A DNA stretch of 36,797 bases from Methanothermococcus sp. SCGC AD-155-E23 (GCA_019561615.1 JAHEQA010000045.1:35740-72536); one strand, 5' to 3'; shown: positions 20,542-30,633, counted from the stretch's first letter. The notes: a model not told the origin generated them from the letters alone. Translations and numbers: made by a program.

Positions 20542-22749
20542 ATGGACATCCAAGATCTAAAGTATATAGAGGAGCAACTAGGTAGGAAACCTAACGATGT
20601 AGAGATAGGGATGTTTGAAAACCTCTGGAGTGAACACTGCTCCTACAGGAGTACAAGACATATCCTCAAGTTATTCAGTAAGACCTTGAAGAACAGTGAG
20701 GATATAGTTATAGGCCCTGGAGATGACGCTGCTGTGGTAAGGGTAGATAGAAAAACTGGTCTATGTGTAGCCCTGGCCATGGAGAGTCACAACCACCCCT
20801 CCTATATAGATCCCTACAACGGTGCAGCTACAGGTGTTGGAGGGATAGTAAGGGATGTTATCTCCATGAATGCAAAACCTATTGCACTCCTGGACTCTCT
20901 AAGGTTTGGGGATATTGAGGGGGAGATGGGGGATAAGGTTAGATGGCTTGTGGAGGGTGTAGTTAACGGTATCAGTGACTACGGAAACAGTATTGGGGTA
21001 CCTACTGTAGGTGGGGAGTGTGAGTTCCACAGCTCCTACAACTACAACAACTTGGTAAATGTAGTCTGTGTAGGTCTTGTAAGGGAGGGGGAGGTTGTAA
21101 CTGGAAAGGCTAGGGAGCCCAATCTATCCCTTATACTTGTGGGAAGTACTGGGAGGGATGGAATAGGTGGTGCCTCCTTTGCATCTAAGGATCTTACAAG
21201 TGAAAGTGAAGAGGAGAGACCAAGTGTCCAAATTGGAGATCCCTTTGCAGGGAAGTGTCTAATAGATGGGGTTTTGGAGGCCTGCAAAACTGGAAAGGTT
21301 AAGGCAATGAAGGATCTAGGGGCTGCAGGTCTCACCTCCGCATGTTCAGAGATGTGCTATGGAGGAGGTGTAGGTGCAGAGATACACCTTGAGAGGGTAA
21401 TTCTCAGGGAGGAGGGGATGACACCCTACGAGATACTGGTATCGGAATCCCAGGAGAGGATGTTGTTGGCGGTGGAGAGAGGAGGGGAGGAGGAGATAAT
21501 AGAGATATTCAAGAAGTACGAACTTCCAGCCTCTGTTATAGGGTGGACTACAGATACTGGGAGACTTGTAGTTAAGATGCACGGTAGGAAGATTGTAGAT
21601 CTACCTCTTAACCTGCTCTGTGGAGCACCACCTATAAAGAGAAAGGAGAAACCCTGTATACTTGAGGAGTACATAGACAGTAGTAGTGTTGAGATGCCTC
21701 AAGACCTTGGGGAGGTACTGTTAAGACTACTTGGAAGTCCAAATATCACCTCAAAGAGATGGATATACGAGAGATACGACTACGAAGTACAGCTGAGAAC
21801 TGTTGTAAGACCTGGGATGGATGCCGCAGTACTAAGGCTTATGGAGTGTCCTCCAAAGGCCCTGGCACTTACAACAGACTGTACCCCAACCTTCTGTAAG
21901 TTAAACCCCTACGTAGGTAGTGTATATACGGTATGTGAGAGTATTAGAAACCTGGCAACTGTAGGGGCGAGACCTATAGCAATGTTGGACAACTTAAACT
22001 TTGGAAATCCAGAGAAACCTGAGAGGATGTATCAGCTGAGGAAGTGTGTCGAGGGACTTGCCAACTGTGCAGAGTTTTTCAACATCCCAGTTGTAGGGGG
22101 GAATGTAAGTCTCTACAACGAGACTGTAATAGATGGAAAGGAGTACCCTATAAATCCCACCCCTACAGTATGCCTGGTAGGTATTATAGAGAAGGTAGAG
22201 ATGGTACCCTCAATACAGGGTAAGGTGGAGGAGGGAGATGTTATCCTGGTGACAGGTGAGACAAAGGAGGAGGTGGGGGGAAGTGAGTACTTCAGATATA
22301 TCCACGGTATAGAGAAGGGTATTGTACCTAGGTGCAACCTGGAGAGGGAGAAGAGGGTATACAGTACAGTGGTTGACCTAATAGGTAAGGGGCTGATAAG
22401 TGGGGCAACGGACATCTCTAGGGGAGGGCTAGGTGTAGGTATGGCAAGGATGTGTATCTGGAACAGGATAGGTGCAGAGGTTCAACTGGGAGACTACAAC
22501 AGAAATAGACTAAGGGATGATATACTTCTATTCTCAGAGTCCTCTGGAAGGATACTTTTAACTGTGAAGGAGGAGAATGTGGAGAAGGTTCTCAAAGCTC
22601 TAGGTGAGGATGGACATGTTATTGGAAGGGTTGGAGGAGACTCCCTAAGGGTGTACAATAAAGATAGGGAGATCCTTAACTTAGATGTGAAGGAGATGAG
22701 GGATGTCTATGAGAAGGGTTTCTACAAGATGATGGGAGATCTAGATTAG
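20542..22749 (+). CDS. purL: Phosphoribosylformylglycinamidine synthase subunit PurL
   Basis: [57 protein letters not shown]. Confidence 0.97.
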   Translation: MDIQDLKYIEEQLGRKPNDVEIGMFENLWSEHCSYRSTRHILKLFSKTLKNSEDIVIGPGDDAAVVRVDRKTGLCVALAMESHNHPSYIDPYNGAATGVGGIVRDVISMNAKPIALLDSLRFGDIEGEMGDKVRWLVEGVVNGISDYGNSIGVPTVGGECEFHSSYNYNNLVNVVCVGLVREGEVVTGKAREPNLSLILVGSTGRDGIGGASFASKDLTSESEEERPSVQIGDPFAGKCLIDGVLEACKTGKVKAMKDLGAAGLTSACSEMCYGGGVGAEIHLERVILREEGMTPYEILVSESQERMLLAVERGGEEEIIEIFKKYELPASVIGWTTDTGRLVVKMHGRKIVDLPLNLLCGAPPIKRKEKPCILEEYIDSSSVEMPQDLGEVLLRLLGSPNITSKRWIYERYDYEVQLRTVVRPGMDAAVLRLMECPPKALALTTDCTPTFCKLNPYVGSVYTVCESIRNLATVGARPIAMLDNLNFGNPEKPERMYQLRKCVEGLANCAEFFNIPVVGGNVSLYNETVIDGKEYPINPTPTVCLVGIIEKVEMVPSIQGKVEEGDVILVTGETKEEVGGSEYFRYIHGIEKGIVPRCNLEREKRVYSTVVDLIGKGLISGATDISRGGLGVGMARMCIWNRIGAEVQLGDYNRNRLRDDILLFSESSGRILLTVKEENVEKVLKALGEDGHVIGRVGGDSLRVYNKDREILNLDVKEMRDVYEKGFYKMMGDLD

Positions 22750-24235
22750 GGAAAATCTTACCTAGATCCACATTCTCCTCGATGACCTTTGCAATCTTTT
22801 CAAAACTACTCTCAAGGGTCCCCCTGTAACTGTCCCCAGTTATAGGTTTAAGGCCCTTTCTCCTCCTTACAAGGTTTACAATGAAGTTCCTGAACTTGTA
22901 GTTCTCAAAGATACCGTGGAAGTAGGTACCTAGGATATAGGCCTTCCTCCCCCCAACTTCCAATACCTTTATGGCACCGTCAAACCCCTCTCCATTATTT
23001 CCAAAACCTTTTATCACCTTAATTAGAGGTTTTTCACGGGATATGGTAATACCCTCGTGAAGTTCATAGCCAGAGACCTTGAACCTCTCCCCCTCTATCT
23101 CCAGTATACCGTAGGAGTTCTTTATCACCTTCTCATTTCCAAAGATAGTCTCCATATCTAGGAGTCCAAGCCCCTCTATACTACCTACCTCCCCCTCCCT
23201 GAAGTCCCTATCTATTAACATCCTCCCAAGTATCTGGAATCCCCCACATATCCCTATTACAATACCCCCCCTCTCTATAAACTCCCTTATCTTTCTATCC
23301 ATCCCATGCTCCCTCAGGAGTTTCATCTCAAGGGTGGAGCATCTAGTACCAGGTAGTATAAGTATATCCCCTGTGATGTCATCCTGGAAGTCTATAAGTC
23401 TTATAAGGGTATCCCTGAAGAGGGGATTGAAATCTGTGAAGTTTGCAATCTTTGAAAACCTTATTACATTTACCTCCACTGGACTTCTCAGATTTCCAAG
23501 TACCCTTTTCTCCTGGATAACCTGGCTGTCCTCCTCGGGGAATACAAAGTCCTCCCTGTAGGGAATCACCCCTAAAACTGGAATTCCCGTAAGCTCCTCT
23601 ATCCTCTCCAGTCCCTTCTTCAACACCTCGGGGTTCCCCCTGAACTTGTTTATTACAAAACCCTTAATAAGTCTCCTCCACCTCTTAGGTAGGAGGGATA
23701 CTGTACCGTAGAGGGATGGGAAGACCCCTCCCCTATCTATATCCCCCACTAGGATAGCATCTCCCCCTACCATCTCTAAAACCCTTAGATTTGCAATGTC
23801 ATCCTCTAAAAGGTTAATCTCACAGCAACTTCCAGCCCCCTCCATGACAACGTAGTCGTAATTTCTATCTAGATATTCCAAACTCTCCCTTATCTTCCCC
23901 AGGAAGAAATCCTTATTCCTCCTGTACTCGTTGTAGTCCATATCCCTGTAAGGTCTTCCATGAACTATAACCTGGGATATGAAGTTTCCCTTAGGTTTTA
24001 AGAGTATGGGGTTGAAGTGTATAGAGGGTTCAGTTTTTGCAGCCAGGCTTTGGATGTACTGGGCAACTGCTATCTCCCCCTCCTCCTTGGTAACCCTTGA
24101 GTTTAGACTCATATTCTGGGATTTAAAGGGCGCCACCTTGTAACCCCTGTTTGCAAGTATTCTACATAACCCTGCAACTATTAAGGTTTTTCCACAGTTT
24201 GAGGAGGTGCCTACCACCATTAGGAATTTGGCCAT
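22676..24235 (-). CDS. cobQ: Cobyric acid synthase
   Basis: [62 protein letters not shown]. The C-terminal tail overlaps purL by 74 nt. Confidence 0.95.
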   Translation of the reverse strand: MAKFLMVVGTSSNCGKTLIVAGLCRILANRGYKVAPFKSQNMSLNSRVTKEEGEIAVAQYIQSLAAKTEPSIHFNPILLKPKGNFISQVIVHGRPYRDMDYNEYRRNKDFFLGKIRESLEYLDRNYDYVVMEGAGSCCEINLLEDDIANLRVLEMVGGDAILVGDIDRGGVFPSLYGTVSLLPKRWRRLIKGFVINKFRGNPEVLKKGLERIEELTGIPVLGVIPYREDFVFPEEDSQVIQEKRVLGNLRSPVEVNVIRFSKIANFTDFNPLFRDTLIRLIDFQDDITGDILILPGTRCSTLEMKLLREHGMDRKIREFIERGGIVIGICGGFQILGRMLIDRDFREGEVGSIEGLGLLDMETIFGNEKVIKNSYGILEIEGERFKVSGYELHEGITISREKPLIKVIKGFGNNGEGFDGAIKVLEVGGRKAYILGTYFHGIFENYKFRNFIVNLVRRRKGLKPITGDSYRGTLESSFEKIAKVIEENVDLGKIFPNLDLPSSCRNPSHRHPSSPSHLS

Positions 24236-24301
24236 CCTTTCACCAGAGGGATTTAAAAAAATATATAAAGATTAAAGACTTAATTATAATAAAAATTTTA
24301 G

Positions 24302-24592
24302 GTGATAGAAATGGAAAATGAGATTACAAAACTTATAGACACCCTCTGTGACAGGGAGTTAATTGTAAGGTTCACCTTGAATAAAACCTTGAAGTTGTCA
24401 ACATTTAAAATAGGGACCATGGAGATAGAGGGTGAATTTGGTATAAGCTTTAGAAATATAGAGACTGCAAGAAAGTTGGAGGAGTTAGGTAGGGAGGAAA
24501 AGGTTGAGGAGAGTGTTGAAATAAATATAGAGGAGTTGGAGAAGGAGGAAGGTACAGAAAAGGAGAAGGGTGGAGAGATAGCAGTTGAATAA
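24302..24592 (+). CDS. Hypothetical acidic protein
   Basis: GGTGA RBS (start probably ATG at 24311); host-like codon usage; Glu-rich C-terminus. Confidence 0.7.
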   Translation: MIEMENEITKLIDTLCDRELIVRFTLNKTLKLSTFKIGTMEIEGEFGISFRNIETARKLEELGREEKVEESVEINIEELEKEEGTEKEKGGEIAVE

Positions 24593-24630
24593 TATTATAC
24601 TTTTTTAAACACCTAGGGGTTGTTACAGGG

Positions 24631-25068
24631 ATGCCTATGGGAGATCTGGAGAAGTACCTAACCTCTACCCCTGTAAAGGAGATTATGACCACCGATGTTA
24701 TATACGTCTATCCAGAGGAGGGCATAGTAAAGGCCTTTGAAAAACTTTTGAAGTACAGGATAAGCTGTCTACCTGTAGTGGACAGGGATGGAAAGATTGT
24801 AGGTATAGTTACCACCACAGATATTGGACACAACCTCATAGAGGACAGATATACCTTGGATACTACAGTTGGAGATGTAATGACTAAGGAGGTAGTCACC
24901 ATAAAACCAGAGGAACCTGTAATTAACGCCATAAAAAAGATGGATGAGTATGGAGATAAGGGGGAGATCATCAATCAACTACCTGTAGTAGATGAGGATG
25001 GAAAATTGATAGGAATAGTATCCGATGGAGATATAATAAGGTTTTTATCAAGGTGTATAAAAAAATAA
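24631..25068 (+). CDS. Tandem CBS-domain protein
   Basis: VKEIMT...[18 protein letters not shown] and VGDVMT...[18 protein letters not shown]. Confidence 0.92.
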   Translation: MPMGDLEKYLTSTPVKEIMTTDVIYVYPEEGIVKAFEKLLKYRISCLPVVDRDGKIVGIVTTTDIGHNLIEDRYTLDTTVGDVMTKEVVTIKPEEPVINAIKKMDEYGDKGEIINQLPVVDEDGKLIGIVSDGDIIRFLSRCIKK

Positions 25069-25088
25069 ATTTATATCAATCTATGGTT

Positions 25089-26117
25089 TCAGGAGGTAAG
25101 AAATTTTTTTTTACATCTATTTATTACTCCATCTGCTGCAGCACCACCAACTGTTCTTCTAATCTCCTCTACCAGGGCCTGGGAGGCTACTATACTAACT
25201 GGTTTTACCTTGCACCTCTCTACCTCCTTACTAAACTCCTTACTTAAGTTGGATAGTACATGTATTGCAGATTCCAGGTCCTCCTGTTCTTCCAGTAACT
25301 TGCTAGCCTTGGCATTTTCAATTAATAGATCTATATCTAGGGCCTTTACCAGACCTCTAATTCCAGAGGTCTCCAGTATGGCAGAGATGGCCTGTAATAC
25401 GTACAGGACCTCCCTTTCAGAGATCTTTTCAGAGTCCTCCGTTATTAAAGACTTCATCCTGTAGTAATTTAGGATACCACTTAAAGTTACAGTAGTCATA
25501 TGGGTAGGTAGGCCTGTTATTAGGGGTACCAGATCTATAGGTTTGACAACTACCTCCTTATTGATACTCTTTATCAGCTCTATACACCTGTTGAATTGCT
25601 CCTCTGTGGAGTACTCCTCCCCATCTAAGGATCTATATCCCACTATATACTTGGAGTACATAGCAGTACCTGGGATGGCATTTGGACAGGTGGAAACTAA
25701 TCCCACATCCTTCCTCTCCAACCTTAACTCCCTCTCTATGTTGGAGTATATCATTATTACAGGGGTTGAATCGCATATGGCAATAGTGGAGTCCCTGGGA
25801 ATATGTTGAAGAATACTCTTTATGGATTTTATTGTACTTTCACTAAAGGGTCTAGTTATAAACTGTACCTCTCCATGCTTTGCAGCCTCTGTATCCTTGT
25901 CAACAACCTTTACACCTGCCTCCTCTATCTTTTCCCAGAGCTCCTTATCCATTACATCCCTCTCAGGTTCAGAGAGTACAACGTCATGGCCAGCTTTGGC
26001 AAACTCTATTGCCATTGCTCCTCCACCAAAGGGAGGTTCTCCTCCCAGTTTCTCATGGAGTTTTAACTCTTCTAGATAGAACTTCTGATTCCCTGCTCCA
26101 TATATAGAAACCTTCAT
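25089..26117 (-). CDS. Hmd paralogue (HmdII/HmdIII-type, H2-forming methylene-H4MPT dehydrogenase-related protein), divergent
   Basis: MKVSIYGAGNQ..Y, GGEPPFGGGAMAIEFAKAGHDVVLSEP, AAKHGE, RKDVG, PGT, ETSGI.GL are typical of the HmdII/III family. Confidence 0.88.
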   Translation of the reverse strand: MKVSIYGAGNQKFYLEELKLHEKLGGEPPFGGGAMAIEFAKAGHDVVLSEPERDVMDKELWEKIEEAGVKVVDKDTEAAKHGEVQFITRPFSESTIKSIKSILQHIPRDSTIAICDSTPVIMIYSNIERELRLERKDVGLVSTCPNAIPGTAMYSKYIVGYRSLDGEEYSTEEQFNRCIELIKSINKEVVVKPIDLVPLITGLPTHMTTVTLSGILNYYRMKSLITEDSEKISEREVLYVLQAISAILETSGIRGLVKALDIDLLIENAKASKLLEEQEDLESAIHVLSNLSKEFSKEVERCKVKPVSIVASQALVEEIRRTVGGAAADGVINRCKKKFLTS

Positions 26118-26164
26118 ACTGGCACCTCTAGAATAATGACACTGTAACCTTGGATACTTTTAAA

Positions 26165-26172
26165 TATATAAA
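26165..26172 (-). promoter_or_regulatory. Probable TATA box of the Hmd paralogue
   Basis: TTTATATA on the minus strand about 48 nt upstream of the ATG; GAGGTG RBS at 26128-26123. Confidence 0.6.
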
Positions 26173-26180
26173 ATTAATGC

Positions 26181-26239
26181 ATATAGATATAGATATAGAT
26201 ATAGATATAGATATAGATATAGATATAGATATAGATATA
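26181..26239. repeat. Perfect hexanucleotide microsatellite (ATATAG)9 followed by ATATA
   Basis: Nine exact units at 26181-26234, intergenic, 8 nt from the TATA box above. Confidence 0.97.
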
Positions 26240-26280
26240 TTTGGATATAAGGTTACAAAAAATTAGAAAAAAATAGAGAA

Positions 26281-27438
26281 TTATTGTTCACTGTAGGTTA
26301 TGCCCTCAGCATCGAGGGCACTCTTTAGCATCACGTACTGTATAGAGACAGGTAGTGGGTAGCCTATTTTTACTACCTTCCCTTCCTTATGCTGCTCCTT
26401 TATCCAATTTACAAACTCCTCCCAGTTATTTGCAGGTATGTCCTTTCTTACAACAACTGCTGAACCTTCACTGTTAAGGGCACATACAATCTTACCCCTA
26501 GTACCCTTGTCTATGGCGAAGACAGCAGGAGGTACACCGTTAAGCCCTATATCTATCTGCTTCTGAGCCATTAGTGTCATTATCTTTGCCCCACCCTCCT
26601 GTACCAGTATCAATTCCACATCTGCAACCTTCTTACCATGACTGTAGAGGATGTACTTCTTCTTAGGTTCTACCTCCTCTAGGTATATGCCGTACTTCTT
26701 TTTAAACAACTCTGGATATGTGGCTGCAACGGAGAGTGCTGCATGGTGATCAGAGGGTAGGTGTGCCACCTTCAAGGTAGGTGTCTCTGAAGGTGGATTA
26801 GTTACAATATTGTTCTCTATCTCCCTAACTACCTGGTTGTAGATTTCAAAGTCAAAGAGTGTATCGAGTATTTTATTCCTGTCTGTAGTGTTCAACCTAC
26901 CACTTATAGCCCCCTGTTCCCTCATAACCTCTACGAAGTTCAAGGTTCCATTTACTATAAGTCTAGGATCTGTGATGTACTTGATAGTAGGTATGGACCT
27001 CTCCTCTACCTCCCTATCAACTCCAAGCCACCTGGCACAGGCCTCTACTGCCAAGGTCTTGTTCTTCTCCATCTCCCCTGTTGCCAGGATGATCAACTTC
27101 AAAAATTCCTTGGCAGCGTAATTCTTATTCTTTAGGGCATCCTCTGAAACTACCATTACACAGCAGGGGTGATTCTTCCACATCCCCTTTGGAGGGAGAT
27201 CTCCACTGTAGATAACTACCTTCCCTATACCCTTACTCTCTATTACGGCAGGTGTAGGTTGCCATGCGATTACTGCATCAAGTTCCCCAGTACTTAAAAG
27301 TTGTGGCATTGTTTTCTGTCCTTTACAGTTTACAAGTTTTACCATGGTGGTCTCTGTAGTACCCCCTCCAATACATCCTGCAAACATCACCCCTAGAATA
27401 AGGAGCCCTACACTAAGGAAAGTCATCAACCTCTTCAT
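26281..27438 (-). CDS. NitT/TauT (SsuA/NrtA-like) ABC transporter substrate-binding lipoprotein, apparently circularly permuted
   Basis: Lipobox FAGC. Motifs DAVIAWQP and HPCCV come before LKVAHLPSDHHAAL, GGAKIM, IDIG..GVPP, EGSAVVV and KIGYP..SIQ. Confidence 0.85.
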   Translation of the reverse strand: MKRLMTFLSVGLLILGVMFAGCIGGGTTETTMVKLVNCKGQKTMPQLLSTGELDAVIAWQPTPAVIESKGIGKVVIYSGDLPPKGMWKNHPCCVMVVSEDALKNKNYAAKEFLKLIILATGEMEKNKTLAVEACARWLGVDREVEERSIPTIKYITDPRLIVNGTLNFVEVMREQGAISGRLNTTDRNKILDTLFDFEIYNQVVREIENNIVTNPPSETPTLKVAHLPSDHHAALSVAATYPELFKKKYGIYLEEVEPKKKYILYSHGKKVADVELILVQEGGAKIMTLMAQKQIDIGLNGVPPAVFAIDKGTRGKIVCALNSEGSAVVVRKDIPANNWEEFVNWIKEQHKEGKVVKIGYPLPVSIQYVMLKSALDAEGITYSEQ

Positions 27439-27566
27439 AGTGTCACCTCATGGGCTTAATTATAGTAAAAGAGATTTACCATAAAATATATAACTCTTAC
27501 GATTTTTTTACATTAAAATAGAAATGAGATTTCGTATAATAAAAAGAGTCTATAAAAAAGAGAGAA

Positions 27567-28256
27567 TTACTGGGACTTTTTCTCCTCTCTTTTAAACTCC
27601 TCTATAAAGGATACCTTCTCAACATCTAACTTCTCCAATATCTTATCTGCAGCTATCTTTTTAAGAGCCCCTACATTCTTCAAGGGTATCAACATCTCTC
27701 CAGGTAGGATGATATTAACCTCCTTCTCCTTAACTTCCACCTTCACCTTCTCCACATCTAGGGCAGGTATAACAAGTTTCAACAACTCCCTTACTATATC
27801 CTCAGGTTTCTCCACTAACTCCTCTACCTTTAAAATGTATCTTACAGTTTTACCTGCCAACTGGTGGTTGAAGTCCACTAGAACCCTTCCCCCATCTACA
27901 CTTACTATCCTACCTACCTGGTTGTTTATAGTAACAGGCATACCTACAACTGGATTTATCCCGTGTTTCCTGAACTCTCTCAGTGGTACCAACTTGATCT
28001 TTGAGGGATCCCTCTTACCAAAGGCCTTTTCAGGTGGAAGCTCCAATTCCCTCTCCTCCCCTACCTCCATCTCCAACAGTGCCTCCTCTAGACCTGGTAT
28101 CAACATACCCTCTCCCACTATAACGGTAACTGGACCGTACTTCATCCCTGGGTTGTATATTCCCTCCTTTTTGGCCAACTCCTCATCTGTGGTATCGAAA
28201 AGTTTTCCATCTACATAACCACTGTAGGACACCTTTACAATGTCTCCCTTCTCCAT
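27567..28256 (-). CDS. Long-type archaeal FKBP peptidyl-prolyl isomerase (SlyD-like)
   Basis: [40 protein letters not shown] plus a C-terminal archaeal domain. Confidence 0.92.
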   Translation of the reverse strand: MEKGDIVKVSYSGYVDGKLFDTTDEELAKKEGIYNPGMKYGPVTVIVGEGMLIPGLEEALLEMEVGEERELELPPEKAFGKRDPSKIKLVPLREFRKHGINPVVGMPVTINNQVGRIVSVDGGRVLVDFNHQLAGKTVRYILKVEELVEKPEDIVRELLKLVIPALDVEKVKVEVKEKEVNIILPGEMLIPLKNVGALKKIAADKILEKLDVEKVSFIEEFKREEKKSQ

Positions 28257-28373
28257 GCTAACACCTTATATCCCTTTATAAAAAGTTGATAAAAGAGGGA
28301 TAGGGATATATATACTTTGTTAAGATTTATTAATACATTTAAATTTATGAATATAAGGGACTATAAAAAAATA

Positions 28374-28449
28374 TGGTGCGCCAGTCGGGATTTGAACCCG
28401 AGTTGCTGGCTTGGAAGGCCAGAGTGATACCAGGCTACACCACTGGCGC
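28374..28449 (-). tRNA. tRNA-Gly (TCC), CCA encoded
   Basis: GCGCCAG acceptor stem, anticodon arm CTGGC-CT-TCC-AA-GCCAG, T-loop GTTCAAATC, 3' ACCA. Confidence 0.96.
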
Positions 28450-28458
28450 ACTACAAAG

Positions 28459-28531
28459 TGCGGCCTCCGGGATTTGAACCCGGGTACCGGCCGTGGCAGG
28501 GCCGTATGATACCAGGCTACATCAAGGCCGC
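28459..28531 (-). tRNA. tRNA-Gly (GCC), CCA not encoded
   Basis: GCGGCCT acceptor stem, anticodon arm CGGCC-CT-GCC-AC-GGCCG, GTTCAAATC; 9 nt upstream of tRNA-Gly(TCC). Confidence 0.96.
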
Positions 28532-28572
28532 TTTATCTCCACCACGGGCAAAAGATATAAAGAACAGGATAA

Positions 28573-28582
28573 TATATATAAG
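28573..28582 (-). promoter_or_regulatory. Probable TATA box of the tRNA-Gly pair
   Basis: TTATATATA on the minus strand about 42 nt upstream of the first tRNA. Confidence 0.55.
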
Positions 28583-28617
28583 TTACGATGTAGTGCAGAA
28601 ATGGTCACAAATGATTA

Positions 28618-28926
28618 TCACTTTAACCTAAAAAAGTACTTTTGAAAATTTACTATCCTTCCATTCTCCACAGGTATGCCTTCAGATCTTAGAAGTTCTA
28701 TCTTCTTCTCAACACCCATTACATAGCCTCCTACTTCACCGTTGGATTTAACCACCCTATGGCAGGGTATCTCCACAGGCCTAGGATTCCTACTTAGTAA
28801 CCTCCCTACCACTCTATACCCTTTAATCCCTAGAGCCTCTGCAACCTCCTTATAGGTGGTAACCTTTCCCCTAGGAATCCTAGATATTAGCCTGTAACAC
28901 CTCTCTCTAAGGGAGTCATCCTCCAT
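28618..28926 (-). CDS. ogt: Single-domain methylated-DNA--protein-cysteine methyltransferase (MGMT/Ogt family)
   Basis: IPRGKVTTYKEVA HTH, active-site IPCHRVV, GGY, LLRSEG. Confidence 0.85.
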   Translation of the reverse strand: MEDDSLRERCYRLISRIPRGKVTTYKEVAEALGIKGYRVVGRLLSRNPRPVEIPCHRVVKSNGEVGGYVMGVEKKIELLRSEGIPVENGRIVNFQKYFFRLK

Positions 28927-29499
28927 TTAAACAACACCCTTTGTACTTATTATCCCCTTCCTCTCATCTACCTGGGTAGCCATATCCAGGGCTACACCAA
29001 AGGCCTTAAAGAGTGCCTCTATCTTGTGATGTTCATTTATCCCCTTTACCTCAAAGTGTATATTCATCTTTCCGTTGTTTGCAACAGATTGGAAGAAGTG
29101 AATAACATTCTCTGTTGAGAAGTTCCCTATCCTCTCCCTACCTGGGATATACTCTCCAACGACGTAGGGTCTTCCCCCTAGATCTATGGCTACCATGGCA
29201 CGGGCGTCATCCATGGGGACAATAGCCCATCCAAATCTCTTTATGTTTTTCCTCTCTACCTCCTTTAAGGCAAGACCTAGGGCTATACCTACATCCTCTA
29301 CAAGGTGATGGTCATCTACCTCCAAGTCCCCCTCTGCATAGATGTAGAGGTCGAAGGACCCATGTTTTGCAAAGGAGGATAGAACATGGTCAAAGAAGGG
29401 TATCTTTGTAAAGATCTCGTACTCCCCAGTACCGTCGATGTTAATAGTCAAGGTTATATTGGTCTCCCTGGTTTTCCTCTTGATCTCGAAGATCCTCAA
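28927..29499 (-). CDS. hisB: Imidazoleglycerol-phosphate dehydratase
   Basis: [36 protein letters not shown]. Confidence 0.96.
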   Translation of the reverse strand: MRIFEIKRKTRETNITLTINIDGTGEYEIFTKIPFFDHVLSSFAKHGSFDLYIYAEGDLEVDDHHLVEDVGIALGLALKEVERKNIKRFGWAIVPMDDARAMVAIDLGGRPYVVGEYIPGRERIGNFSTENVIHFFQSVANNGKMNIHFEVKGINEHHKIEALFKAFGVALDMATQVDERKGIISTKGVV

Positions 29500-29507
29500 G
29501 TTATCAC

Positions 29508-30293
29508 CTAGGGCTGTATTAAACAGCCTTTACTACAGTACCTGTTTTTACACCTGTAAGGTAGGAGGGCCCTCCTTACACTCTCCAGAGCTATATACCC
29601 TGCCTCGTGAAGGATGGTATCCTCCAACTCCCTGTCGTACTCCATACTCCCAAGACATGGGTAGTTGTGATGGGCCTTGATTACCTCCTCCTTTAACTCT
29701 CCCAGAGGCTTTCCTCTTATCCTCTTTGCTATGTAGTAGGTCATGCCACAGGGTGCCGACACCAACACCTTGGCATCCACCACCTTATGCCCCTCTACCT
29801 TTACCTCCATCTGGGGATATCCTATCTTGAAGTAATCTATAAATTTGTTAAGTATCTCCCTTCCCTCCTTCTTCTCTAAGGCGCAGAAAGGTTTTGGATT
29901 CTCAAAGTCCATACCTAATTTTTCACAGATCTCCCTTAGGGTGTTTCTCATAGAGGGGGACAGATCCCTGGGACTCTCAGAGGGCACTATAAGTAATCTA
30001 TACCCCTTATCCCTTATAATATAGGGGAGTTCGTAGAGGAGATCCTGGTGAAGTTGGGCTACTATCACCTCCCCCCTGGGGATCTCAGGGATGTACTCAG
30101 AGGGATCCTCTATAAACTCCTCCCTCCCCACAGGAGGTATAACAACCCTCTCCACCTCCTCCCTATAACTCCACTCTCCACGGCAGTTATAGCAGTCCTC
30201 ACATATCCTACAGAAATCCCTGTCATTTATTAAATGGTGGTAAAATCTCTCCATCCCCTGGTTACCCTCATGATATAGAAAAGTAAGTCTCAT
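29508..30293 (-). CDS. DUF166-like Cys-rich protein
   Basis: FIEDP, LH.DL, PKPFCAL, SAPCG, HHNYPC, DTILH.AG; N-terminal [10 protein letters not shown]. Confidence 0.7.
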   Translation of the reverse strand: MRLTFLYHEGNQGMERFYHHLINDRDFCRICEDCYNCRGEWSYREEVERVVIPPVGREEFIEDPSEYIPEIPRGEVIVAQLHQDLLYELPYIIRDKGYRLLIVPSESPRDLSPSMRNTLREICEKLGMDFENPKPFCALEKKEGREILNKFIDYFKIGYPQMEVKVEGHKVVDAKVLVSAPCGMTYYIAKRIRGKPLGELKEEVIKAHHNYPCLGSMEYDRELEDTILHEAGYIALESVRRALLPYRCKNRYCSKGCLIQP

Positions 30294-30357
30294 GATTTTT
30301 CACCAGTTTAATATATTAAAAAAAGAGGGAGAACATTGAAAACAGAAAAATAGTGGT

Positions 30358-30598
30358 TATCCCTCAACACTAACACCATTCCTCATCCTTGGCCTACGCC
30401 ACGTCAGAATGGCTAACCCTATGTTGAGGGGTTATGGGGATTTTTACTATACCCTGATCATCCCCAGGGAAGAACTCCCCTGTCACAGGGCTCACCCTCA
30501 AAATCCCCTTAAATTTAAGTATCCCTTCAATATCGAACCCGCTATCATCGCAGGGGTAATCCCCCTATGCTCCATGTGGGTCGGTTCATTGAAGGGCA
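30358..30598 (-). ncRNA. Three-hairpin box H/ACA-type pseudouridylation guide sRNA (AUA boxes), predicted 23S rRNA targets U2504, U1917 and U1915 (E. coli numbering)
   Basis: Hairpins at 30523-30596, 30436-30508 and 30361-30430. Each has a perfect 9-bp basal stem, an internal loop, an upper stem, a (U)GA...GAUGA K-turn and AUA directly 3' of the stem. It has its own TATA box and a downstream T-tract. Confidence 0.88.
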
Positions 30599-30621
30599 TT
30601 GATCTATATAGTAGGATCTCC

Positions 30622-30633
30622 TATATAAACTTT
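30622..30633 (-). promoter_or_regulatory. BRE/TATA promoter of the H/ACA sRNA
   Basis: AAAG-TTTATATA about 25 nt upstream of hairpin 1, overlapping the nadA stop codon. Confidence 0.75.

Noticed and set aside
30358-30598. Reading the hairpins as C/D box sRNAs, SECIS elements, terminators or a CRISPR array
   Set aside because: The UGA/GAUGA words sit inside stems as K-turns with no 10-12 nt C/D guides. No adjacent gene has an in-frame UGA. The three units differ in sequence, so they are not direct repeats with spacers.
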